DNA of 64,000 nt from Mobula birostris (GCF_030028105.1 NC_092374.1:26483016-26547015); one strand, 5' to 3'; positions 50,821-64,000 are shown, counted from the first letter of the stretch. Notes: generated by a model not told the origin, from the letters alone. Numbers and translations are program-made.

Positions 50821-52772
50821 TCTCTTGCTCGTCAGTAGGAGGGGCCAATGCTTAACTGAGAAGGACTCTGTAATAGAGAGAGCCATTCCACAGAAAGAGA
50901 ACAGTGGTTACCCCAGAAAGAAATGCTGACTTGCTTGTCAGGTGGATGCTGCCAAACAGGAACTAAGCTGGCATTGATTCCTTGTTCTTCTTTTGCAGCA
51001 GGGATGTGTAATTTGGAGAGATGGGGATTTGGAGTGGAGTGATAATGAAAATGAATTCTGAATAAAACAACCAGAGAGCACAAAATTGTTTGTTTATCAA
51101 GCCTCCCAGGTGCACTCTGCCCATGATAAATTTGCGAGCTTTGCCACTAGTGCTGAGTAGCAGATCCCAAGAATGATGTTGATTAACTGAAGTGAATACC
51201 TGAGACAGAACCTTGGTAAAGTGCCCGGGCCATGGACTTAAGGAACATTGTCTCTTGCAAACCAAGTGATAATTTTTTTTCGCTTTTGCCTGTGCTAATT
51301 GATAACACAGCATTAGTAACAATTGCCATGACAGAACTGACAGCTCTTAATCTTCATAATTTTTTCCTCGTTTAAGGATTTCCAGTATTTCTCTGAGTTT
51401 AATTTTCCTTAGGGTGCAATAAAAATATGGTAAAGATATATAACATACAGAAAAAAACCTCTTATGCTGCATTTTTAGACAGTAGTGCATCTATGGCAGA
51501 TCCATAATGCATTACCTGTAGCTAAGAAGTCTCTTTATTTGTGGTTCCAAACTCAGTGGGCTAATGCAAGGATCCTGTTTCTTGGAAGCAGCGCAGTATG
51601 CAGTAATAGTCTGAAAACTTGCTCTATGACTCGCCTGCTATCAACCAGGAAGCATACGAACTCAGCAGGAGGCTTGAGATAAAGGCTAATTTATGGAGAA
51701 TTATGCATGCATAATCACACAAAAGCCCCAGAAGGAGTGAACATGACTATGCATCTTCACTTCTGTGTGCTTCATCTTCATTTCTTGTTTTGATTATAGC
51801 ATTCTGAATATTTTGCAAGTTTTGCTTCCTGCTTCGCTCAAAGCTTTCTAAGCCACATGTTGTGCTTTGTATGAAATCCTGTCAGATTTAATATGGGACA
51901 TGAAAGTAAGCCAGTAACCGTATGTTAGTTATTCATAAGCTCCAAATATGCACACAGACTGTTGCACAACAAAAAAAATCCTGGTATGTCATTTAGCATT
52001 AAATTAATTTGACCCTTTTGTGCTTGATACTAAATCTTTTCATCAGATGCCGCATTTATCTGTCATCAACATGCAAATGACTTGGCTGAAGATCATTTGG
52101 CAATGTGCCACATTGTGTTTTTTTTTAACTCTTTTTTCCCCCAGGCACAGGGATGTTTCTGTTTGTGGTTTATCCTACATTCACTGCCCACAATGTGGTC
52201 TCGGTGGCCCGGGGAGACCAAATACAGATTGAGTGACCATTTAGTAGAGCACCCCTTTTTAATTAGCAAGACGGTCCCCAGACTTCCATCCACCTGACTC
52301 TTTTTATCCCTCCTTCTGCCTTCCCTATCAGTAGGACCCTACGCTATTCCAATGAACTTCAAGAAGATTAGAGGAAAGCACTTTATTGTTTTACTGCACA
52401 TATTACAGATTCAATTCTGAGTTCAAACATTTCAGCTAATGCCTCTGCAGGTTTCACCCTCTTTACATCCATCTTTTGTTTTTGCTTAATTTGGCCATTT
52501 TCTACTTCACTCTATCAGCCTTTCTGTAATGAACCTCTCCTTCTTTAACACAAATGCACACATTATCTTTCACTCTTGACTCTTCTCCCCCCCCACCCAG
52601 ATTCCCCACGTCTATCTATGTATAAAAGCTATCTTCTGAATTTATATTTTCTATATTATTGTGTTTGTGTTTATTTTTAGCTTCATCAGATCAGGAGTGA
52701 CAATTATTTTGTTGCCCTTTACACTTGTGTACTGGAAATGACAGTAAAAAATCTTGCCTTAAAACTCGCTAG

Positions 52773-53172
52773 ACAGCAGAGTGGTGCAGCAAATTGGGCC
52801 ATTACCTCGCAGCACCAGAGACCCTGACTCCCTCCTGACCTTGGAAGCTATCTATGTAGAGATCGTATGTTTTCCCTGTGACTGTGTGGGATCCCTCATG
52901 TAGATTGTAGGTTCTCCCTGTGTCTGTGCGAGATTCCTCATGTAGAGATTGTATGTTCTCCCTGCGACTGTATGGGATTCCTCTGAGTGTTCTGGCTGCT
53001 TCCCATATCCCAAAGACGCGTGGGTTGGTAGGTTGATTTTCCATACTGGGTAGTTGAGTGGTAGGATCGGGGGAAATGATAAGAACGTGGGCAAAAATAG
53101 AAATACTGTAGGGTCAGTGTAAATGGTTGGCACTGTTTTGGTGGACCAAATGGTCTTACTTCATGAGGTGTT
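52773..53172 (+). mobile_element. V-SINE with an internal triplication
   Basis: tRNA-like head gtggtgcagc; three ~43-bp units at 52854-52983; V-domain tgttctggctgcttcccatatcccaaagac. Confidence 0.75.
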
Positions 53173-53489
53173 GCTCATTGACACAATTAAGATTTATTTC
53201 AGGAAGCATATATACCATTTGGAAAGCAGATAAGTGACATTTCTTCCCTTTTGGTTAAATCAGAACTAACTGTACTTCAGTATGAATCATAGAACCCTAA
53301 CCCTAATGCGGACAGCACGGAAACAGGCACCTCCCCCCATCATATCCACTCTGGCATCAGCACTATCTATAGTATACTCATCACGTTTACCAGCACTTGA
53401 TCTGCAGCCTTCAGTGCTCTGCTGATGATGAGCTGCACATCAAGGTACCCTCAAGACTCACCAGTAAGCGTCAAGGCGTTAGCCTCACT

Positions 53490-54645
53490 ACCACCTTGTG
53501 CACTTGGATCCTCGATTTCCTTACCTGCAGACCCTAGTCAGTCCAGATTGGCTACGTCATCTCCTCCACAATCTCCATCAGCACAGATCACAGATCAAGG
53601 CTGTGATCTTAGCGTTCTGCTCTACACGCTTAACACTTATGACCGCGTGGCTAAGTACAGATCCAATGCCATGTTCAAGTTTGTTGATGACACCAGTGTC
53701 ATATGCCGAAACAAAGGTGGTAATGAATCAGCATATAGGAGGGAGATTGAAAACCTCTTACTCAATGTCAGCAAGACCAAGGAGTTGATTATTGACTTCA
53801 AGAGGAGGAAACTAGAGGTCCATGAGTCAGTCCTCAATATAGGTGGAGAGGGTCAGCAACTTTTAAACTCCTTGGTGTTATCATTTCAGAGGCTATGTCC
53901 TGGGAACAGTACGTAAATACAATTATGAAGAAAGCATGGCAGTGACTCTACTCCCTTAGGAATTTGCAAAGATTCAGCATGACATCTAAAATTTTGAGAA
54001 ACTTCTATAAATGTGTGATGGAGATTGTATTGACTGGCTGCATCACAGCCTGATATGGAAACACCCAATGCCCTTGAATGGAAAATTCTACAAAAAAATA
54101 GTGAATACAGCCCAGTCCATCATGGGTAAGGCCCTCCCCGTCACTGAGCACATCTATGCAGAGCATTGTCACAGGAAAGCAGCTTCTGTTATCAGTGACC
54201 CCCACCACCTAGACTCTCTCTACTTGCTGCTGCCATCAGGAAGAAGATACAGGAGCCTTGGAACTCAAATCACCAGTTTCAGAGTAGTTATTACCCCTCA
54301 ACCATCAGGGTCTTGAACCAAAGGGGGATAACTTCACTTGTTCTATCATTGAAATGGCCCCACAACCTATAGACTCACTTTTAAATACTCTTCATCTTGT
54401 GTTCTCAGTATTTATTGTTTATTGATTTATTTTTTTATAATTATTATCATTATTTCTTTCTTTTTGTATTTGCAGTTTGTTTGTCTTTTGCGCACTGGTT
54501 CAACACCCAGTTGGTGCGGTCTTTCACTGATTCTATTATGGGTTTATTGAGTATGCCCACAAGAAAATGAATCTCAGGGTTGTATATGGTGACATGTATG
54601 TACTTTGATAATAAGTTTACTTTGAACTTTTTGAACTTTTGAACT
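53490..54645 (+). mobile_element. Rex1/Babar LINE, RT to 3' end, decayed
   Basis: QGC.LS.LLY.L.T.D, KFVDDT, LNVSKTKELIIDF, LLPSGRRYRSL; (TTTGAAC)n tail. Confidence 0.88.
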
Positions 54646-54735
54646 ATCTAATACTGTGACACTACCTTCGTCTAGCACCTTCCTAGGCTATATTTTCAAG
54701 TTTCCAACAATCTCTGAGTGGAAAAAATTCTTTTG

Positions 54736-55354
54736 GATTATGAAGACACGTAGTCCCCTTTTATTGTCATTTAGTAATGCATGCATTAAGAAATGATACA
54801 TTATTTCCTCCGGTGTGATGTCACAAAACACAGGACAAACCAAGACTGAAAAAACTGACAAAACCACATAATTATACATATAGTTACAACAGTGCACAAT
54901 ACCATAACTTGATGAAGAACGTCCGTGAGCACAGTAAAGTTCAAAGTTTCTCAAATGTCCCACATCTCACGCAGTCGGGAGAGGGAAGAAAAACTCTCCC
55001 TGCCATGCCGACCACAATCCGACCCTGAGTCATCCGAAAACTTCGAGCTCTGATCGGCTCTCCAACACCGAGTACTGAGCGCCATCTCTGTCCGAGCAAT
55101 TCAACCTCTTTCTCGGTCGCCAAAAGCAGGCAAGGCCAGGGATTTTGAGGCCTACCCTCCAAAAGATTCCCGACCACACAGTAACAACAGCAGCGGATGG
55201 GCGTTTCAGAAGTTTCTCCAGATGATCCTCTGTGATTTCACGTCCATCCTCCATCAAATCAGAAATTGTCCACGGCCCCTATTTAACAGATACGACATCA
55301 TTTTTCACCAGAGAGCTGCGCATGCGCGGCGCGCTGCCATCTTCTCCTCCCGCC
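54736..55354 (-). mobile_element. Non-coding retroelement-like family, copy 3 (longest, possibly full length)
   Basis: 5' end reads GGCGGGAGGAGAAGATGGC on the minus strand; inserted into a CR1 remnant. Confidence 0.8.
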
Positions 55355-55469
55355 TGATTCTGATCCCTTCTGAACCTCTTATCCCTTACTTTAAATCTGT
55401 GCTCCCTAACTCGAAATGCATCAGCTATGACAAAGTATATCCTGCCCCTCATTATTTATTTTACTTGAT

Positions 55470-55718
55470 TTGAAGATGCACTATGGAATAGGCCTGTCTG
55501 GCCTAATGAGCCACACCAATAGCAACCCATCTATTTAACGAGCCAATCACCAATTTATCAGTACGCTTTTGGAATATGAGAGGAAATCAGGGCACCCGGA
55601 GGAACCCATGCACTGATGGGGAGGGCATACAGACTTCTTGCAGATGGCATCAAAATTGAACTCTGAACTCCGACGTTCTGAGCTGCAATAGCGTTGCACT
55701 ATCTACTATGCTACTGTG
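55470..55718 (-). mobile_element. V-SINE remnant
   Basis: Reverse V-domain gaggaaatcagggcacccggaggaaccc. Confidence 0.65.
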
Positions 55719-56018
55719 AGCCTACAAGGCACTCCCACTCAGCTCCAGGTGAAGAAAGCCAGTCTACAGTTCATATAATACCAGATATGTTGATATAAAC
55801 TCAAGACTGCTAATCATCTTGAGAGAATTGAGGGGGAAATGGGGGAAAAAAATTGAGCATTTTTGTTTGCTGTTGGTGTCACACATGCATGAGAAGAGTT
55901 GTCATCACCTTTACCCTGGCGGAAAGTCACAAGAATTCCAGGTACTGTTTGATCCAAGCTGCCTTGCTTTGAAGCATTGCCAGACCCTGAACTTTCTCTT
56001 TGTCTTCTGTTTCATCAG

Positions 56019-56141
56019 CAATGCACCTCCTCGGCCTGAATTGGCAGCTGCAGCAGATTGATAACTATACATTTGAAAATGGCAAAGTGAAGACCGAGAC
56101 CTCACCTACCAATGTCTTGACTGCGACTTCAGGTGACGGCG
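56019..56141 (+). CDS. TENM3: Teneurin-3 coding exon, 123 nt (juxtamembrane extracellular linker)
   Basis: Acceptor tttctctttgtcttctgtttcatcag| and donor GGCG|gtaaga. Encodes (A)MHLLGLNWQLQQIDNYTFENGKVKTETSPTNVLTATSGDG. The phase 1 join with the preceding exon (G+CA=Ala) matches TENM3 AMHLFGLNWQLQQ...FENGKV. Confidence 0.94.
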
Positions 56142-56292
56142 GTAAGAAATTTGTATTTCATCAACAACACAAAGGATAACCCAAGTTAGCAGCACAGAGG
56201 CACTGGAAGTGGAACTGGTTTATTATTGTCACATGTACTGAAGTACAGTGAAAAGCTTGTATTACATACTATTCATGTAGGTCAAATCATTA

Positions 56293-58860
56293 TCAGAATC
56301 AAGATTAGTATCACTGGCATATGTTGTGAAATTTCTTGTTTTGCAGCAACAGTACATTGCAATGCATAATAATAAAAAATCTACCAATTACAATAAGTAT
56401 CTATATTAAAAATATTAAATAAATAGTACAAAAAGAGAGCAAAATAGTCCTTGGGTTCACTGTCCATTCAAAAATCTGATGGTGGAGGGGAAGAAGATGT
56501 TCCTGAAAAGTTGAGTGTGTACCTTCGAGCTCCTGTATCTACTCCTTGATGGTAGCAATGAGAAGAGAGCATGTCCTGGATGATGGAGGTCCTTAATGAT
56601 GGATGCCGCCTTTTTGAGGCATCACCTTTTGACAGTATCCTTGATGCTGGAGAGAATAGTGCCATGATGGAGCTGGCTGAGTTTACAACCTTCTGCAGCT
56701 TTTTCCGATTCTCTGCAGTTGCCCCTCCATACCAGGTGGTGATGCTCTCTGTGGTATATATGTAGGAATTTGCGAGTGTCATTGATGATATTCCAAGTTT
56801 CCTCAAACTCCTGATGAAATATAGTCACTGACATGCCTTCTTTGTAATGGCATCAATATGTTGGGCCCAGGATAGATCCTCAGAGATGGTGACACCCAGG
56901 AACTTGAAACTGCTCACCCTTTCCACTGCTGATCCCTAAATGAGGACAGGTGAGTGTTTCCTCAACTTCCCTTTCCTGGAGTCCATAATCAACTCCTTGG
57001 TCTAACTGATGTTGAGTGCAAGGTTGTTGTTGCAATACCACTCAACCAGCTGATCTAATTCGCTCCTGTGTGCCTCCTCACACCATCTGAAATTCTGCCA
57101 ACAATAGTCATGTCATCAGCAAATTTACAGATGGTGATTGAGCTGTGCCAAGTCACACAATTATGTGTGTAGAGAGAGTAGAGCAGTGGGCTAAGCACGC
57201 ATCCTTGAGATGTACCAGTGTTGATTGTCAGTGAGGAGGGAGATGTTATTTCTGATCCGCACGGACTGTAGTCTCCTGATGAGGAAGTCAAGGATCCAGT
57301 TGCAGAGGGAGGTACTGAGGACTAGGTTTTGGAGCTTGTTGATTAGAATTGATGGTCTGTTTGTGTTGAACACTGAGCTGTAATCAATAAACAGCAGCCT
57401 GACATATTGTCCAGGTGATGCAAGGGCAAATGGAGAGTCAGTGCTATTGTATCTGCTGTAGACCTACTGTGGCGGTAGGCAAATTGCAGTGGATCCAGGT
57501 CCATGCTTAGTCAGGAATTGATGCTAGCCATGACCAACCTCTGAAAGCTCTTCATCACAGTACTTATGAGTGCAACTCACCCTGTCTTCTTGGGCACTTT
57601 TTGAAGCAGCTAGGAACATCTGAATGGAGCAATGAGAGACTGAAGATGTCCCTGAACAGTCCTGTCAGACTGAAGATGTCTTTTCAGAGCCCTACCAGGT
57701 ACATCATCAGGGTCTGCTGCTTTGTGAGAGTTCATCCTCTTGAAAGATGTTCTGATGCTGGCCTTTGTGACAGAGATTACAGGGTCACCAGATGCTGCAG
57801 GGATTTCCAGAGATGTAGTTTTATTCTCCCTTTCAAAGCATGCATAAAAAGCATTGAGCTCCCCTGGGAGTGAAGCACCACAGCCACTCATGATATTAGC
57901 TTTCGCTTTATAGGATGTAATGGCCTGCAAACCCTGCCAGAGCTGATGTACATCAGATTCCATCTCTAACCTCAATTGGAATTGGGTTTTTTATTTGCTC
58001 TTAAAATAGCCTTCGGTAGATCATACTGAACTTGTTGTGTACTTCTGGATCACTGGTCTTGAATGGCACAGATCCAGCCCTCAGCAGACTCTGAATTTCC
58101 CAGTTTATCCATGGCTTTTGATTTGGGTATGTCCATATGTTCTCAAAGGCACACACTCATCCACACAGGTCTTGATGAAGCCGGTGACAACTGTGGCATA
58201 TTCATTCAGATTTGAAGATAAATCCCTGAATATTGTCTAGTCCACCAACTCAAGGCAGTCCTGTAAGTATATCTCCGCTTCCCTTGACCATACCTTCTTG
58301 GTCATCACCACTGGTGCTCTGGTCTTTAGTCTCTGCCTAGATGCTGGGAGTTGAAGTACAGCCAGGTGATTGGACTTTCCAAAGTGCCAGCGGGGGATGG
58401 CATGATAAATGTTATTGATGTTGGTATATCAGTATTCAAGTGTATTGGCTCCCCTGGCTCCATGGGTAATATGTTGGTGGTAGTTGTTCATAGACTTCAA
58501 GGTGGCCTGATTCAAGTACCCTGCAGTGATAGAGAAAATATCAGGGGGCGCTGTTTCGTGCTTGCTCATGACAGAGCTTAGTTCCTCCAGTGCCTACCTG
58601 AAGTTGGCCTGAGGTGGAATGATGATGGCAGAAGGACAGCATTTGTCCACTAGATGTTACAAATCGGATGAGCAGAACTGAGACAGAACTGCCACAGTTG
58701 TGCACCACGATGAATTATTCATAAAGCATACCCCAACTCCTCTGCCTTTAAAACACTGAGCTATTCTGTCTTTGTGGAGAATGGTGAAGGCATCGAGCTG
58801 CACTGCTGCATCTGAAATGGTGGGGGGTAGCCATGTTTCCTTGAAGCAAAGTACACAGCA
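56293..58860 (-). mobile_element. Rex1/Babar LINE, near full-length ORF2 (APE and RT), decayed
   Basis: [66 protein letters not shown]. Confidence 0.9.
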
Positions 58861-59039
58861 TTACACAATGCTTTGAACAGAATGCAGAGTAAAGTGTAGC
58901 AGCTACAAAGAAAGCGCAGTGCAGGTAGACAATAATGTGCAAGATCATAATGAGGTAGATTGTGAGATCAAGAGTCTATCCTACATAGCAGGAAGTCATA
59001 CAGTACAAGAAGTAACAGTTAATAGAATTACTATAAGTT

Positions 59040-59330
59040 TAAAAATTAACTTTATTTGTCACATGTACATTGAAACACACAGTGAAATATGTCATTTGTG
59101 TCAAATCAAATCAATGAAGAGGCAGCCTGCAAGAGTCGCCACACTCCCAGCACCAACATGTTAACCCTATTATCCATATGCCCACAACTCATTAACCCTA
59201 ACCATACATCTTTGGAATGTGGGAGGAAACCAGAGCACCTGGAGGAATCCCACACATTCACAGGGAGAACGTGCAAACTCCTTACAGACAGCGGTGGGAA
59301 TTGAACCCTGATCTTAGCTACCACTCTAAT
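59040..59330 (-). mobile_element. V-SINE
   Basis: Reverse V-domain tctttggaatgtgggaggaaaccagagcacctggaggaatcccac. Confidence 0.75.
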
Positions 59331-59337
59331 AGTGTGC

Positions 59338-59590
59338 AACACACGCACACAATCCTGGAAGAACTTAGCAGGTCAGGCAGCATCTATAGAAATGAATAAA
59401 CAGGTGACGTTCCAGATCGAGGCCCTTCTTCTGGACTGAAAAGGAAGGGAAGATGCCGGAATAAAAAGGTGGAGGGGGGGAAGAAGGCTTGCTGGAAGGT
59501 CATGGGTGAAGTCAGGGTGGTGGGAAAGGTAAAGGGATGGTTAGGAAGGAACCTGATCTTAGAGGAGAGTGGACCATAGGAGAAATGGAA
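59338..59590 (-). mobile_element. Penelope-like terminal fragment
   Basis: Colinear with 45401-45700; decayed hammerhead at ~59404-59438. Confidence 0.7.
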
Positions 59591-59901
59591 ATATACTGTA
59601 ACAGTGTTTCACTGACTAATACGCTACCATGTTGCCCAACACCATTCCTCTGCCAGTTTCTTCTGCCGCAGAATTCTATAATTCTACAGTTCAGCTGCCC
59701 AGAGCTTCATTACATTGCCCTTCTGAAAGCATTGGTGTAGCTGAATTTTAATCCTGTAGTCACACTCAAGCCCTGAAAAGGAACTTGAAGATGTAACCTG
59801 ATGACTTAAAATGCCTTTAAGGGAGCCAATTTGACACCGTGGTTGTGTAACTTAGGGAAAGAAAATAAAGTAGCTAAGCTTTCTCCTCCTGATTAGAGAT
59901 A

Positions 59902-59904
<3 letters not shown>

Positions 59905-59942
<38 letters not shown>
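59905..59942. repeat. (GT)n microsatellite
   Basis: Direct reading. Confidence 0.97.
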
Positions 59943-59943
<1 letters not shown>

Positions 59944-61204
59944 GGTGGGGTGGGGGGTGGCTACTTGAGTGGTAAAACCTGTTGGAGCAAATGGTCTGTT
60001 TGTTCTTTGTACATGTTGTGGACATTCCGAGGGGATGTTTGCACCAATAATTCCAGAGGTATCTGGAGTTCAGAACAGGCACATCCAAAAGACTACAAAT
60101 AAAACCTGAAAATGCTGCACTCGGCAGGTCAGACGGACCCGTAGAGACAGAAACAGATAATGTTTCAGTTCCAAGACCTTCATGCTGCCCGACCTGCTGA
60201 GTACGTCCGGCAAGTTTTGCTTTTATTTCAGACTGTCAGTGTGTGTAGTTTTTCTTTAATTTTTGTCATGAGAATTGACCAATGAGCTGAAACCGATTAG
60301 CATCCAAGACAGTCGGTACCAGCCATTATTAACTAGAACTTCTGTGAGAGATAAGGAATTAAATCTCTGTCATTAAGGACCACAATACACTACAGTATAT
60401 AAAACAAAGATTTATTTCTAGAAGTGGCAGAGATTTTTAATTTATTTAAGATTACTCAGGGATGCTCAGATGCTGTTCATGGCTGTGGGCTAGAACAGCG
60501 AAATGGCACAAGCTAGTGAGCAATTGGAAAAGATTGAACTAAATACACCATGTTAAATAGCTTCCTCTTCTGCTGTATCAATCAGAACATGTCAACACTA
60601 CAAATTGTATAGAAAAGACACAACTCTCAATGCCTGGGAAGTCTTAAATGTCACCTTGTGCACTATGTGCTGCAGAATGGAAGTCTTTTTTTAATTTAAA
60701 AATTAGAGCTACGAATGTAAATTAGGCCCTTAGATCATAGGGCATGATATTATCAGATTTTCTCTGTTGAATGAGTAATTTGTGCTGGTCCATCTTGATC
60801 TGCCCCCACTAAATAAATCTGTGATCACACTGCTTTATTGTTACATTTGATCTGTGATATTTCTGTCTTGTCAGTTTTTTATAAGCACTCTCAATTATCT
60901 AATCCTATATTTGAAAGGCATTCTGAAGGTGTTCAATTCGCCCCTAAATAAGCCAGCTCATTGTAGTCAAGTCAATCCTAATGTCCCTAAATAGTAGGCT
61001 ATTGAGCCGAACATTTTGGCATCAGTGATATTTTACTCATCAATTAGCCTTGTTGACATTTTATTATACTAAAAGCCTACTGTGTAATGATTTTTTCCAC
61101 TAATAGCAATGTAAAATTTGATGCTTGATTGCTAGTGATTCTATAAAATTGCAAAATAATTTTATGTGAAAAGATAGACAATCTTAACATTTGGCACATA
61201 AATC

Positions 61205-61206
<2 letters not shown>

Positions 61207-61245
<39 letters not shown>
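61207..61245. repeat. (GT)n microsatellite
   Basis: Direct reading. Confidence 0.97.
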
Positions 61246-61250
<5 letters not shown>

Positions 61251-61632
61251 TCTTACTTTAACATGCAGCCACAGCATTTCAGACATCCCAGGGTGTATTT
61301 TCTCTGCTGACTTGCCCTAGTTTGGGTGAAACAGCAACACCTGCTGCTTGCTTTCACCCACTGTCCCTCCTGGAATTGCCACCAGCTACTCTTGTTGCAT
61401 CCACGTTCCAATGGAGTGGCTCTGACTTGGCCTGTGGCCACTCAGTGCATTTTCAGCTCCAAAGGCATGCCGTGCCTTGTCATTCGCCTTGGGCATGACT
61501 GAAGTTTACATCTGAGCATCAGTGCACCATTTGCATGCGATAGAATTTCGAGGCAGGAAGGTATTAAAGGGACAGGGCACTAGCAGGCACTACAAGTGAG
61601 CAATAAAATAATAATATATTTCTGTCATTATA

Positions 61633-63405
61633 AAGACCATAAGATAACAGCAGAATTAGGCCATTAAGCTCATTGAGGCTGCTCTGCCATTTCATTACGC
61701 TGATCCAATTTTCCTCTCAGCCCCAGTCTCCTGCTTTCTCCCTGTATCCCTTCATACCCTGACCAATCAAGAATCTATCAACCTCTGCCTTAAATATACG
61801 TAAAGACTTGGCCTCCACAGCCGTCTGTGCCAACGAATTTCACTGATTCACCACTTTGGCTAAAGAAATTCTTCCTCATCTCTGTTCTAAAAGGACACCC
61901 CTTTATTCTGAGGCTGTGTACTCTGGTCCTAGACTCTCCCACCGTAGGAAACATTCTCTCCACATCCACACTATCAAGGCCTTTCAACATTCGAAAGGTT
62001 TCAATTTGGTCACCCCTCATTCTTCTGAATTCTTGTGAATTCAGGCCCAGAGCCATCAAACACTCTTCATATGACAAGCCATTCAATTCTGGAATCATTT
62101 TCGTGAATTTACTTTGAAACCTCTCCATTGTCAGCACATCACTTCTAAGATAAGGGGCCCAAAACTGCTCGCAATACTCCAAGTGAGACCTCACCAGTAC
62201 TTCTTAAAGCCTCAACATTACATCCTTGCTTTCATGTTCTAGTCCACTTGAAATAAACACCAACATCACATTTTCCCTCCTCACCGCAGACTCAACCTGC
62301 AAATTAACTTTTAGAGAATCCTGCACAAGGACTTGCAATTTACGCTTCAGATTTTTAACTTCCCTCTTCATTTAGAAAAAGAGTCTGCTCTTTTATTTCT
62401 TCCCTCAAAGAGCCTGACCATACACTTCCTGACACCATTTTCCATCATCACTTCTTTGCCCATTCTCCTAATCTGACTAAGGCTACATCCACACTGGACC
62501 GGATAAATCAGTAACCAAAGCTTTTTCTCTTCGTTTTGACCCTCTGTCCACACTAAAATGGCGTTTTCCTCCCCCGAAAACAGAGCCTTTTTAAAACACT
62601 CTCCAGAGTGTTTAAATCTGAAAACGCCGGTTGGCCGTTGTAGTGTGTACGGGGTAACTGGTTAATTTTAAAAACGCTGTCATGGCATGCCGGAACAAAT
62701 GGTGACGGCAGAACGGCATTTCATTGTTTTCTTGACCGCAACCTCCAACACCACAACAACATCTGATAATAGATGTGTAACATCCTAATGTAACATTGTA
62801 TGGAAATACAAGATAACACTGATGCAGACATGTTTTATACATTTAACAAGGTGCTGTATTAATGTATAGCTTGTGCAAACATTCAATAGATGCAATTGTC
62901 ACTTTTGCCCAGTAACTCGTTTTACTGCACATGTTAAATACAGCAAAATAATACACAAAGACATGGCAAAAGTAAAGGCAAACAAATGAGGTAACAGCAA
63001 ATTTCACTTTTGCCCAGTAACAAGCCTTATTGCATTTAGTTGTAGCTGTTGTCCCTTTCATCGGTGAAGAGACTATGGCTGTAGGAAATATTACTGGACA
63101 AACGCGCACCAAGTCTTTCATTTGGCAATTTCCTTTTAAGTTTTTCTAGTATGTTACTGGACAAACGCTACACCAAGTATACCGTTTCCTCTTCGCTTGT
63201 TTTCTGTGTGTCCTGCGCATGCCCAGTAGGAGGAGATTCACCCAAATATCCATTTTATTGTGGATGGAGGTATTTTCAAAAACGCTTGGTATGGACGCCT
63301 ATGGTTTTTACACGAAACCAGCGTTTTCAAAATTATCCGGTCTAGTCTGGATGTAGCCTAAGTCTCTCTACTTCCTCAAGAATACCTGCCCCTCCACCTA
63401 TCTTT
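61633..63405 (-). mobile_element. CR1 3' part, interrupted by a Harbinger MITE at 62481
   Basis: RSHLEYCEQFWAPYLR, EFRRMRGD.IETFRMLKGLD; CR1 sequence resumes after 63361. Confidence 0.88.
62481..63358. mobile_element. PIF/Harbinger non-autonomous element
   Basis: TAA GGCTACATCCACACTGGACCGGATAA...TTATCCGGTCTAGTCTGGATGTAGCC TAA: 26-bp TIR and 3-bp TAA TSD. Confidence 0.9.
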
Positions 63406-64000
63406 ACAAACATCAGATCATATGAGAAATAAAGAAAGATGTAGCTGTATACTGAAAACCTTCCCTATTAATAGACAAAATCTTGGCGCTTTATATTTTA
63501 TTTAATCTAATATCTGAATATGTGTTAATAGAGCTTATTCAGAAAAGGATAATGCAAGTATGCAGCTACTTTTGATACTTGGAGATAAGGGTAGACTGTG
63601 CCAAACAGTCACTGGAGCTAATATTTCCTCGATCTTTAACAAACAAAAAGCTAGAGAAACAACCTGATGGAAGGGAATATGTCTTTGTTCCCAGTTAACT
63701 TTTGGAACAAACTTCACTCTGTCAGTCCTTAAAATAAGTAAACATTTCTCAGATATTTTTGGAAGATTTAATCATTCTGAATATTTGGAATACAGAGGCC
63801 AACAGGAACAAGTTGCAACCCATGTATTTATTTGTGAATTTATTTTATTCTTGGTCATAGATTGTGTTTCCTTTATGGATTCAGCATGTGAATTTTCCTC
63901 TTATTCTTTTCCGCTCCTCATTTACAATCGCTGGTCGAGTTTCTTGCTGATTGTTGTTGGAGATAATGACTTGCAAATGTGACTTCTGCTATCTCTGAAA

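Noticed and set aside
52773-52850. tRNA gene
   Set aside because: Decayed tRNA-like head of a SINE; no cloverleaf can be formed.
53293-53306. Interstitial telomeric repeat (CCCTAA)2
   Set aside because: Only two units; expected by chance.

Overview
Vertebrate genomic DNA, most likely a cartilaginous fish (inferred from the CR1, Rex1/Babar, V-SINE and Penelope repeat mix). The window appears to lie entirely inside a + strand teneurin gene that best matches TENM3. Three coding exons can be read directly and join in frame. They are a 99-nt phase-2/2 exon (29402-29500) resembling the TENM4 intracellular 'DNLIEMD...DG' segment, the 239-nt exon ending in the transmembrane helix (37854-38092), and the next 123-nt exon (56019-56141). 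The ORF track misses the 123-nt exon entirely and shows the 99-nt exon only inside a longer read-through ORF. The rest is intron, densely filled with decayed or nested transposons: CR1, L1, Rex1/Babar, Penelope-like elements, V-SINEs, Tc1, mariner, pogo/Tigger, hAT and PIF/Harbinger. The most notable observations are: (1) an intact minimal hammerhead ribozyme core in a Penelope-like element, plus several short fold-back derivatives carrying decayed cores; (2) a three-copy composite DNA element made of two complete ~67-bp mini-MITEs flanking cargo that includes a captured LINE tail; (3) a mariner-derived multi-palindrome with five TIR copies; (4) a ~620-bp non-coding retroelement-like family with a YY1-type 5' end. 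No intact transposase, full-length LINE ORF, RNA gene or CRISPR array was seen. All family assignments come from motif recognition without database searches, and the boundaries of old repeats are approximate.
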